From IMG/VR virus record IMGVR_UViG_648276653_000018: DNA of 33,532 bases, one strand, 5' to 3'. Below are positions 1-8,316 of this stretch, one piece after another; positions within the stretch are counted from its first letter, which is position 1, and every line of letters begins with the position of its first letter. The notes under the pieces are model-generated. The model saw nothing but the letters and a program-made list of their open reading frames with translations. It did no database searches and had not been told where the DNA came from. A program made the position numbers and the translations under genes. This DNA comes from a virus (taxonomy: Duplodnaviria; Heunggongvirae; Uroviricota; Caudoviricetes).

Positions 1-8
1 AATGTTCC

Positions 9-902
9 TTAATTGCTTTTATTGATGCTGGAAATGAATAAATAAACTCTAGCTACAAAATTGATATCAGAAAAACCACATTCAAAGCTATTTATGGAGG
101 ATGATACTTTTATCACCTTCTTAGGTAGTCTTGTAATATGCCGAATTGAATAGGTTTCATCGATATTGATGAGCCAGTGTCCATCCAATACATCAGTAAT
201 GTTTTGATCACAAATGTATGTCATCAACCCGTCTTGAATGACAATTGGTGCTGAAAGATTAGCAGGTAAAAATGACGTATCGAAAATATATGAACCACAC
301 TCAACCATTTTTCCTGCATTGAGATGAAATTTAGGCAGCTCTTTTACCAATGTTGTGAGAGAACTGTGCTTGCTGCCTTGCCCAGTGGCTAGCCATAAAA
401 GAGAATTTCCTGTTTCCAACGAGCATTTTATGATCCAATCAGCTGGGAAAGTGTCTCGTAAATATCTGTTTGCCATGGTGCTTTTAGATACATTCAAATG
501 GTCGGCAAGTTCTTGTCTTGTTTTGAAGCCATACGCTTTCATTAGCCGGTCTATTGCATCACGTCCGCCTGAATCCAAATTCAGCAAGTTCCCAATAGGG
601 TTCTCTTGATTATTGATTTGGGGAACATACTGAACCTTTGGTGCAGTTGCCTTTGACATGACCGATGCCTCTGTATTCTGAGGGAATGGTACGCCTTTTC
701 CGAATGAGAGCCATTCGATAGATGCACCCGTTTCAATTGCACACTGAATTACCCAGTCAGCAGGAAATACGTCACGCATCCAGCGCGTACCCATAGTGCT
801 TGCAGATACGTTGAACTGCTCGCATAGAGCTTGCCTTGTCTTGAATCCATACGCCTCAAGCATGCGCGTTATGACTGCTTGTCCTCCGTTTTTGAAATTC
901 AT
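9..902 (-). CDS. CI-like immunity repressor with two tandem Phage_CI_repr-type HTH domains plus a C-terminal domain
   Basis: 297 aa ORF; internal repeat MLEAYGFKTRQALCEQFNVSASTMGTRWMRDVFPADWVIQCAIETGASIEWLSFGKG versus LMKAYGFKTRQELADHLNVSKSTMANRYLRDTFPADWIIKCSLETGNSLLWLATGQG; divergent from the apl/cII early operon. Confidence 0.75.
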   Translation of the reverse strand: MNFKNGGQAVITRMLEAYGFKTRQALCEQFNVSASTMGTRWMRDVFPADWVIQCAIETGASIEWLSFGKGVPFPQNTEASVMSKATAPKVQYVPQINNQENPIGNLLNLDSGGRDAIDRLMKAYGFKTRQELADHLNVSKSTMANRYLRDTFPADWIIKCSLETGNSLLWLATGQGSKHSSLTTLVKELPKFHLNAGKMVECGSYIFDTSFLPANLSAPIVIQDGLMTYICDQNITDVLDGHWLINIDETYSIRHITRLPKKVIKVSSSINSFECGFSDINFVARVYLFISSINKSN

Positions 903-1026
903 TTATTACGCCTTTGAGTAATTTTGGTTGACACTTCTCAAATGAAGAATTAGTGTGTGCGAAAGTGAACTGAACAGGATTGATCACCAGTTACCACACA
1001 TCTTGTTAAACGAGGAATCTTGCATC

Positions 1027-1248
1027 ATGACTCCACATATTTCAATCACCTTAGCTGTCCCATCTGTGTCTATTGAGAAATACAGTGAACTGACTGGGTT
1101 ATCTATCGATACTATCAATGACATGCTGGCTGATGGCCGCCTTATTCGCCATCGTCTCCGTAAAGATAAAAAGCGAGAAAAGGTAATGATCAATATCGCT
1201 GCAATGACCGTTGATGCGCTCTCTGAATGCAATTTGAGTATTAACTAG
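1027..1248 (+). CDS. Apl/Cox-like small HTH regulator/excisionase (first gene of early lytic operon)
   Basis: Position divergent from repressor; GAGGA RBS upstream of ATG 1027; HTH-like segment KYSELTGLSIDTINDMLADGRLI; start choice within ORF 955-1248 is inferred. Confidence 0.55.
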   Translation: MTPHISITLAVPSVSIEKYSELTGLSIDTINDMLADGRLIRHRLRKDKKREKVMINIAAMTVDALSECNLSIN

Positions 1249-1280
1249 TTCCATTTTGGGATACATCAGGGGTGTCGACT

Positions 1281-1790
1281 ATGTTTGATTATCAAGTTTC
1301 CAAACATCCACATTTTGATGAAGCCTGTCGTACATTCGCGCTGCGCCACAACCTGGTGCAACTGGCAGATCGTGCAGGCATGAATGTGCAGATTTTGCGT
1401 AACAAGCTGAACCCAGCTCAACCTCATTTATTAACCGCACCAGACATCTGGTTGCTTACCGATCTGACTGAAGATTCAACGCTGGTAGACGGTTTTCTGG
1501 CACAGATTCATTGTCTGCCATGTGTTCCGATTAATGAGGTGGCAAAAGAGAAATTGCCGCATTACGTCATGAGTGCAACTGCAGAGATCGGGCGTGTTGC
1601 TGCAGGTGCGGTATCTGGCGATGTAAAAACCAGTGCAGGTCGTCGTGATGCTATCAGCAGCATTAACTCTGTAACACGACTGATGGCGCTGGCTGCTGTT
1701 TCATTGCAGGCCCGTTTACAGGCTAACCCGGCGATGGCGAGTGCAGTTGATACCGTGACTGGCCTCGGTGCTTCATTCGGTTTGCTGTGA
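1281..1790 (+). CDS. cII: phage 186-type CII regulatory protein
   Basis: [48 protein letters not shown]...; size (~169 aa) and position after apl match 186 CII family. Confidence 0.75.
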   Translation: MFDYQVSKHPHFDEACRTFALRHNLVQLADRAGMNVQILRNKLNPAQPHLLTAPDIWLLTDLTEDSTLVDGFLAQIHCLPCVPINEVAKEKLPHYVMSATAEIGRVAAGAVSGDVKTSAGRRDAISSINSVTRLMALAAVSLQARLQANPAMASAVDTVTGLGASFGLL

Positions 1791-1797
1791 GGTGCTT

Positions 1798-1998
1798 ATG
1801 CTGACGAAAGAACCATCATTTGCATCGCTGCTGGTAAAACAAAGTCCGGCAATGCACTACGGTCACGGCTGGATAATAGGTAAGGATGGTAAACGCTGGC
1901 ATCCGTGCCGTTCACAAGATGAATTGCTGGCAGAACTATCAACGAAAAAACGGGGGAACAAATGGCTATTGAAGGCGCTGCGGCGACTGTTCCATTAA
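1798..1998 (+). CDS. hypothetical early protein (possibly Fil-like)
   Basis: 66 aa ORF with GAGGTG RBS; position after cII as in 186; no motif recognised. Confidence 0.4.
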   Translation: MLTKEPSFASLLVKQSPAMHYGHGWIIGKDGKRWHPCRSQDELLAELSTKKRGNKWLLKALRRLFH

Positions 1999-2303
1999 GC
2001 CCCGGTGAACGCCTGAATGGACTTAATCACATTGCGGAGTTAAGGGCGAAAGTTTTTGGCCTGAATATTGAGTCAGAGCTTGAGCGGTTTATTAAAGATA
2101 TGCGTGATCCACGGGATATCAATAACGAACAAAATAAACGGGCACTGGCAGCCATATTCTTTATGGCAAAAATTCCGGCTGAACGTCATAGCATCAGCAT
2201 TAATGAGCTGACCACTGACGAAAAGCGGGAGTTGATTAAAGCAATGAATCATTTTCGTGCAGTGGTGAGCTTATTTCCCAGACGGCTAACCATGCCGAAT
2301 TAA
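1962..2303 (+). CDS. hypothetical early protein
   Basis: 113 aa ORF in early operon, same orientation; function not recognisable from sequence. Confidence 0.45.
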   Translation: MAIEGAAATVPLSPGERLNGLNHIAELRAKVFGLNIESELERFIKDMRDPRDINNEQNKRALAAIFFMAKIPAERHSISINELTTDEKRELIKAMNHFRAVVSLFPRRLTMPN

Positions 2304-2370
2304 CCAACTAATGAAATTCATGGCGTAAACCCGCCGGGCATCCCTTTATCTAAATTAAGGAGAGTTTATT

Positions 2371-2604
2371 ATGCGTAATATTGAAACCCTCAAGACTAAG
2401 ACCGGACCGGATGACGCAGGGCTTAATATTTTACTGACAGAGGCTCGTCTGGAAGAACGCCGGGCAAGGGCTGAAGCAATGGCAGCTCGCCTTGATAGTC
2501 TGGCGTGTCATATTACATCCCGCCAGCTAAACCACGTCGAAGCGGCAGAACTGCTGCGTGTGACTGCTGAAGCAATCCAGAACGAAGCGCAGGAGATCCA
2601 CTAA
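2371..2604 (+). CDS. hypothetical early protein
   Basis: 77 aa ORF with strong RBS (AAGGAGAG) 8 nt upstream of ATG. Confidence 0.55.
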   Translation: MRNIETLKTKTGPDDAGLNILLTEARLEERRARAEAMAARLDSLACHITSRQLNHVEAAELLRVTAEAIQNEAQEIH

Positions 2605-2831
2605 TGGCTGATGCAATGGATCTCGTACAGCAGCGCGTTGAAGAAGAACGCCAGCGCCATATCCGTGCTGCCCGTGCCAAAACGCCGGGCGTGTCACGCG
2701 TGCTTTGCATTGAATGTGAAGCGCCAATTCCGCCAGCAAGACGCCGCGTCATTCCGGGAGTGCAGCTTTGCATTACCTGCCAGGAAATCGCAGAGCTGAA
2801 AGGCAAACATTACAACGGAGGTGCTGTATGA
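2604..2831 (+). CDS. TraR/DksA-family C4 zinc-finger protein
   Basis: CIECEAPIP...CITCQ (CxxC-N17-CxxC); start overlaps previous stop (TAATG); typical of the P2-like early region. Confidence 0.75.
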   Translation: MADAMDLVQQRVEEERQRHIRAARAKTPGVSRVLCIECEAPIPPARRRVIPGVQLCITCQEIAELKGKHYNGGAV

Positions 2832-3685
2832 GCACCATCCTGAAATGGGCGGGTAATAAAACCGCCATTATGTCCGAACTGAAAAAACATCTTCCTGCTG
2901 GCCCGCGACTGGTTGAACCTTTCGCGGGTTCTTGTGCTGTGATGATGGCGACGGATTACCCCAGCTATCTGGTTGCGGATATTAATCCTGATTTAATCAA
3001 CCTCTATAAAAAGGTTTCTGCTGATTGTGAGGCGTTTATATCTCGCGCCAGAGTTTTATTTGAGAACGCAAACAGGGAGGTGGCTTATTACAACATAAAG
3101 CAGGAGTTTAATTACTCAACTGAAATTACTGATTTCATGAAAGCGGTATATTTCCTGTATCTCAATCGTCACGGTTACCGTGGGTTATGTCGCTATAACA
3201 AGAGCGGGCATTTCAACATTCCCTACGGTAATTATAAAAATCCGTATTTCCCTGAAAAAGAAATTCGCGCATTTGCAGAGAAAGCCCAGCGAGCAACGTT
3301 TATCTGCGCCAGCTTTGATGAAACGCTGGCGATGCTGCAGGTGGGGGATGTGGTGTATTGCGATCCGCCTTATGACGGTACGTTTTCCGGTTATCACACT
3401 GACGGCTTCACTGAAGATGACCAGTATCACCTGGCATCCGTTCTTGAACATCGGTCATCAGAAGGACATCCCGTCATTGTTTCTAACAGTGACACATCCC
3501 TGATCCGTTCGCTGTATCGCAATTTTACTCACCACTACATCAAGGCAAAACGCAGCATCGGTGTGGCAGCTGGTGATAGTAAATCTGCAACAGAAATCAT
3601 TGCTGTTTCCGGGGCGCGCTGCTGGGTGGGATTTGATCCTTCGCGTGGCGTAGATAGTTCTGCTGTGTACGAGGTGCGTGTATGA
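2828..3685 (+). CDS. dam: DNA adenine (N6) methyltransferase, Dam-like
   Basis: N-terminal [15 protein letters not shown]...PFAGSCAV (AdoMet-binding) and catalytic DPPY motif ([11 protein letters not shown]). Confidence 0.85.
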   Translation: MSTILKWAGNKTAIMSELKKHLPAGPRLVEPFAGSCAVMMATDYPSYLVADINPDLINLYKKVSADCEAFISRARVLFENANREVAYYNIKQEFNYSTEITDFMKAVYFLYLNRHGYRGLCRYNKSGHFNIPYGNYKNPYFPEKEIRAFAEKAQRATFICASFDETLAMLQVGDVVYCDPPYDGTFSGYHTDGFTEDDQYHLASVLEHRSSEGHPVIVSNSDTSLIRSLYRNFTHHYIKAKRSIGVAAGDSKSATEIIAVSGARCWVGFDPSRGVDSSAVYEVRV

Positions 3686-6094
3686 GTCATGACGATATGA
3701 GCAACTCTAGCGGCTTTAACGAGGCCGCTGCATCATTTTCATGGAACGGCCCGAAAAAGGCCATTAACCCTTATCTGGACCCGGCGGAATTTGCGCCGGA
3801 GTCTGCACTTTCAAACCTGATCACTCTGTATGCTGCCGATAACGAGCAGGAACAACTGCGCCGCGAGGCACTGAGTGAGCAGGTCTGGGAGCGTTATTTC
3901 TTTAATGAATCCCGTGATCCTGTCCAGCGCGAAATGGAGCAGGATAAGCTCATTAGCCGCGCAAAGCTTGCGCATGAGCAGCAGCTTTTTAACCCGGACA
4001 TGGTCATTCTGGCAGATGTCAGCGCCCAGCCTACCCACATCAGCAAGCCGCTGATGCAACGTATCGAATACTTCAGCAGCCTGGGCAGGCCAAAGGCTTA
4101 TTCCCGCTATTTGCGTGAGACGATTAAGCCATGTCTGGAGCGACTGGATTGTGTACGCGACAGTCAGCTATCCGCTTCTTTCCGTTTTATGGCAAGCCAT
4201 CAAGGGCTTGAGGGCCTGCTGATCCTGCCTGAAATGAGTCAGGATCAGGTAAAACGCCTGTCCACCCTGGTAGCTGCGCATATGAGCATGTGCCTTGATG
4301 CCGCTTGTGGCGATTTATATGCCACCGATGACGTTAAGCCAGAAGAAATCCGCAAGACATGGGAAAAGGTGGCAGCGGAAACCCTGCGACTGGATGTTAT
4401 CCCGCCTGCGTTTGAGCAACTCCGCCGGAAAAGAAACCGCCGCAAACCCGTGCCCTATGAACTCATACCGGGTTCGCTGGCACGTATGCTTTGCGCCGAC
4501 TGGTGGTATCGAAAATTGTGGAAGATGCGTTGCGAATGGCGGGAAGAGCAGTTGCGTGCTGTCTGCCTGGTCAGCAAAAAAGCATCTCCCTATGTCAGCT
4601 ATGAAGCCGTGACGCATAAACGTGAGCAGCGCCGTAAGTCGCTGGAGTTTTTCCGTTCTCATGAACTGGTGAACGAAGACGGCGACACGCTGGATATGGA
4701 AGATGTGGTAAACGCCAGCAGCAGCAACCCGGCACATCGCCGCAATGAGATGATGGCCTGTGTTAAAGGTCTGGAGCTTATCGCAGAAATGCGTGGTGAC
4801 TGCGCCGTTTTCTACACTATCACCTGTCCGTCACGTTTCCATTCCACGCTCAACAACGGCAGACCCAACCCGACCTGGACAAATGCGACGGTAAGACAAA
4901 GCAGCGATTATCTGGTCGGCATGTTTGCTGCATTTCGTAAGGCTATGCACAAAGCCGGGTTGCGCTGGTATGGCGTGCGGGTGGCTGAGCCGCACCATGA
5001 CGGTACTGTGCACTGGCATCTCATGTGTTTCATGCGCAAAAAAGACCGCCGCGCCATTACTGCATTGTTGCGTAAGTTTGCCATCCGTGAAGACCGCGAG
5101 GAACTGGGTAATAACACTGGTCCACGCTTTAAATCTGAGCTGATAAACCCACGCAAAGGAACACCGACAAGCTACATCGCGAAATACATCAGTAAGAACA
5201 TTGACGGGCGTGGTCTGGCTGGCGAGATCAGCAAGGAAACGGGTAAATCCCTGCGTGATAATGCTGAATACGTTAATGCTTGGGCGTCTCTGCATCGTGT
5301 TCAGCAATTCCGCTTCTTTGGCATTCCGGGGCGTCAGGCTTACCGTGAACTGCGATTGCTGGCTGGTCAGGCGGCAAGGCAACAGGGGACAAAAAGCAGG
5401 TGCGCCGGTACTGGATAACCCGCGCCTTGATGCCATCCTGGCTGCTGCTGATGCTGGTTGTTTTGCCACCTACATCATGAAGCAGGGCGGCGTACTGGTT
5501 CCCCGCAAATATCACCTTATCAGAACAGCTTATGAAATTAACGAAGAGCCGACTGCTTATGGCGATCACGGTATTCGTATTTATGGCATCTGGTCACCCA
5601 TTGTACAGGGCAAGATTTGCACTCATGCAGTGAAGTGGAAAATGGTTCGTAAGGCCGTTGACGTTCAGGAGGCGGCAGCCGACCAGGGCGCTTGCGCCCC
5701 TTGGACTCGTGGCAATAACTGTCCCCTTGCTGAAAATTTGAACCAACAAGGGAAAGACAAATCAGCTGATGGGGACTCCAGAACGGATATTACCCGTATG
5801 AATGACAAGGAGTTGCACGATTACCTGCACAGTATGAGCAAAAAAGAGCGCCGGGAACTGGCTGCAAGGTTACGCCAGGTGAAACCGAAACGGCGTAAAG
5901 ACTACAAACAGCGAATTACGGACCATCAGCGACAGCAGCTCGTCTATGAACTGAAGTCCAGGGGATTTGATGGCAGCGAGAAAGAAGTCGATTTGCTCCT
6001 TCGCGGCGGCAGTATTCCGTCAGGAGCAGGCCTGCGTATCTTCTATCGGAACCAGCGTCTGAAGGAAGATGATAAGTGGCGGAACCTGTATTAA
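3682..6094 (+). pseudogene. A: replication initiation protein A (rolling-circle nickase), split by a 1-nt frameshift in an A5 run at 5391-5395; fragments 3682-5418 and ~5387-6094
   Basis: Two overlapping same-strand ORFs (578 aa and 297 aa) whose junction lies at acAAAAAgcagg; combined length ~800 aa fits the P2/186 gene A size and position. Could equally be a sequencing error. Confidence 0.6.
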
Positions 6095-6163
6095 TTACGC
6101 GGGTTAACAATTCGTGCTCTTAATAATACCAGGCATATCAGGCCGATGAACGTAAAAAAACGT

Positions 6164-6204
6164 TTTACATCAGTAAGATTATTATATACTGTAAATATAA
6201 ACAG
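6164..6204 (+). promoter_or_regulatory. SOS promoter with LexA box CTGTAAATATAAACAG (6189-6204) overlapping a -10-like TATACT; -35-like TTTACA at 6164-6169
   Basis: Perfect CTGT-N8-ACAG palindrome with AT-rich spacer, flanked by ta/tg; upstream of the DinI/Tum-like gene. Confidence 0.7.
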
Positions 6205-6446
6205 TGGTTATGTATACAGTATTGTTTTGGTGTCATAGGAGGAAAGATGCAGGACTATTTTTTGGAGTCTTTGAAGCTCCAGCGCATTGATTTTTTTTCT
6301 TAAGCTTGTAGCGGCTAGTGAGTGTAGTGATGAAGAGAAGGGGCTGGCTCTGCAGTGGGTTTCTGAATTGACTGATGAACTCATGGCAAAAATCAGAAGC
6401 CACGAATACAACCGCTCAATGGATGTCATCAGCTGAGGTGACTTTT

Positions 6447-6680
6447 ATGCGCATTGAAATAATGATCGATAAAGAGCAGAAGATTAGCCAGTCTACCCTG
6501 GACGCACTTGAATCCGAGCTTTACCGCAATCTGCGCCCCCTGTATCCCAAAACGGTAATTCGCATTCGCAAAGGTAGCTCTAACGGTGTGGAACTAACCG
6601 GACTGCAACTGGATGAAGAAAGAAAACAAGTGATGAAAATTATGCAGAAGGTGTGGGAGGACGACAGCTGGCTGCATTAA
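6447..6680 (+). CDS. DinI-family protein (Tum/antirepressor-like, SOS-inducible)
   Basis: MRIEIMIDKEQ...ELYRNLRPLYP...QKVWEDDSWLH resembles E. coli DinI (MRIEVTIAK...ETWESADDWF); GAGGTG RBS; LexA box upstream. An in-frame start at 6375 is possible. Confidence 0.75.
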   Translation: MRIEIMIDKEQKISQSTLDALESELYRNLRPLYPKTVIRIRKGSSNGVELTGLQLDEERKQVMKIMQKVWEDDSWLH

Positions 6681-6872
6681 GAAATGTTGCCCCCAGGAGG
6701 ATTCATTCTGATGGGGGCTAGTTTGGGCAATGAGTGAAATAAGGCGTAAGGTGGGCGGTTATTTTGATAAGTGATCGTCCGCTTTGTGTCAGAAGCAGAA
6801 GTGGGAGTGTCTGAGACTCTCTAAAAGTTGATGATTCACTTACAAAACCATTTTCCTGATGGATGCTTACAC

Positions 6873-7208
6873 TTACGAATGATCATTCTGTTTAGTCTTC
6901 ATGAGAAAATCCCGAATCTTTGCCAAGTTTGAATTTTCGGGGATTGAATCCATGTACGGATCACGCTCAAACACTAATTGCTCAGATTCAACGAAAGCCT
7001 GCCACTCTAATGGGTCTAGCTCAAATCCCATTGCTGTCATATCACTTTCATCTTCCCCCTCGATCCAGTGGACTAAATAAAACAATTCATCATCAGGAGA
7101 ATCATCCTCACCATCAACAATATCAACATCGGTTACAGTGATACGTAGGGTGGGATCGATTTTTGAGACATAAATTCCTAACTGTGGTATAGGGGGAATA
7201 TTGTTCAT
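6873..7208 (-). CDS. hypothetical strongly acidic small protein (cargo gene in variable region)
   Basis: 111 aa ORF with AGGAG RBS 7 nt upstream of ATG; rich in D/E (e.g. DVDIVDGEDDSPDDELF, EGEDESD); no recognisable catalytic motif. Confidence 0.6.
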   Translation of the reverse strand: MNNIPPIPQLGIYVSKIDPTLRITVTDVDIVDGEDDSPDDELFYLVHWIEGEDESDMTAMGFELDPLEWQAFVESEQLVFERDPYMDSIPENSNLAKIRDFLMKTKQNDHS

Positions 7209-7520
7209 GGAAACTCCTTTTATTGGTGTTTGCTATTTGAATAAAAATACGCCAAACAGAGTGTTAACTGTGAATATGGAAAGAATCGTTGTAAGTACCC
7301 CGCTTAGGTGTCCCATTCTATTTTAGAGGTTCTCGTGCATATGGATTATGTTATCTGAAAGTTAACTTCCGCTTCCCGTTCACAGCGAACATTCATCTTT
7401 GTAAACCCGTATGATCCGTTTTTCAAGTGGCCATTCAGATACGGATTTTCACTTCCTTGACAGTGCATGACTATGCTGCATGAAATCGCATGATCGATTG
7501 AGGATCGTCTTTGCTCAGAT

Positions 7521-7546
7521 CCGCCAGAACTGGCGGGCTTTTGCTC
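7521..7546 (+). terminator. Rho-independent terminator-like hairpin (CCGCCA-GAAC-TGGCGG followed by GCTTTTG)
   Basis: Perfect 6-bp GC-rich stem, 4-nt loop, T-rich tail on the plus strand. Confidence 0.5.
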
Positions 7547-7587
7547 ATGTCATGCATGTGCATGAAAACCACTGCATAAAGCGGGCA

Positions 7588-7606
7588 GGCGTGGCGGGGA
7601 TACGAG
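7588..7606. other. candidate cos (cohesive-end) site: GGCGTGGCGGGGATACGAG
   Basis: First 13 nt identical to my recollection of the 186 cos 5' end (GGCGTGGCGGGGAAAGCAT; P2: GGCGAGGCGGGGAAAGCAC); lies between the A and Q genes where cos is expected. Confidence 0.35.
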
Positions 7607-7736
7607 CGCGCGCTAACTCTTGGCTTTGTTTCATAATCAAAAATGTGATCATTGAGATTATTCTTAAATTTGTGTTTGTCTATGAAATATCATTTCGCTT
7701 AACATTGTTTGAGTTAGGACTACATGAGAATAAAGA

Positions 7737-8312
7737 ATGCTTTTACCCGTAAGTATTACATCGTGTGGCTTGTATCACCCCTACTGGCATTTGGGAGAGC
7801 GCAACCCTCATAGCGATGAACTATCAAGGCAGATGATGGATTTTAAGGATGAAAATAATCGTAATCATCAAAGGGCCATTAACCGTTTTTCTCGATTAGC
7901 TATAGATAAGGTTGGGCGGTTAGTAATCAGAGGTGGCGGTGGGCGTTTTGTTGAGTCTCCTTTTTCGATAGCAGTTGTCCCGTCTCACACTGAAGGCAGA
8001 ATTTCACCGGCTTTGATTGAGGTCGCCGAGCGAATCGTAAATGTTCACCGTCGGGGCATTGTTGATTGCTGTTTGGAAAGAACACGCACTGTTCCTAGCG
8101 CACATCGTGAAGGTGGAGATCGCTCAATTACTGGTCACATGTCTAGTATCAGAGTTAGGGGTGGTAACCTCATGGGGCGAAATGTGTTACTACTAGATGA
8201 TGTTAAAACAACAGGCGGTAGTTTGTCTGCGTGTTTTTATTTACTGGAGTCTGCAGGAGCTGGAGTTATAATGCCATTAGCTCTGCTAGAAACTGCAAAC
8301 TATGAGGAGTAG
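7737..8312 (+). CDS. phosphoribosyltransferase (type I PRTase)-domain protein; candidate toxin/effector of a two-gene defence cassette
   Basis: PRPP-binding loop motif VLLLDDVKTTGGSL near C-terminal third; AT-rich codon usage unlike phage core; start ambiguous (ATG 7737 or ATG 7833). Confidence 0.7.
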   Translation: MLLPVSITSCGLYHPYWHLGERNPHSDELSRQMMDFKDENNRNHQRAINRFSRLAIDKVGRLVIRGGGGRFVESPFSIAVVPSHTEGRISPALIEVAERIVNVHRRGIVDCCLERTRTVPSAHREGGDRSITGHMSSIRVRGGNLMGRNVLLLDDVKTTGGSLSACFYLLESAGAGVIMPLALLETANYEE

Positions 8313-8316
8313 CAAA

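Noticed and set aside
355-609. 84-aa plus-strand ORF inside the repressor gene
   Set aside because: Antisense to the well-supported CI-like repressor; no RBS; likely spurious.
4831-5469. 212-aa minus-strand ORF and several other ORFs (4245-4445, 4315-4737, 4908-5156, 5273-5569) inside gene A
   Set aside because: All antisense or out of frame within the replication gene; none has independent signals. The only real anomaly here is the A5 frameshift reported separately.
6208-6429. 73-aa minus-strand ORF between the LexA box and the DinI-like gene
   Set aside because: Antisense to the probable SOS transcript leader; no RBS and no recognisable features. A small leader ORF on the plus strand cannot be excluded but is unsupported.
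7480-7752. 90-aa plus-strand ORF in the intergenic region upstream of the PRTase gene
   Set aside because: It spans the terminator hairpin and cos-like motif and changes from GC-rich to AT-rich composition mid-ORF; the translation is not protein-like and there is no convincing RBS. Treated as non-coding regulatory DNA.
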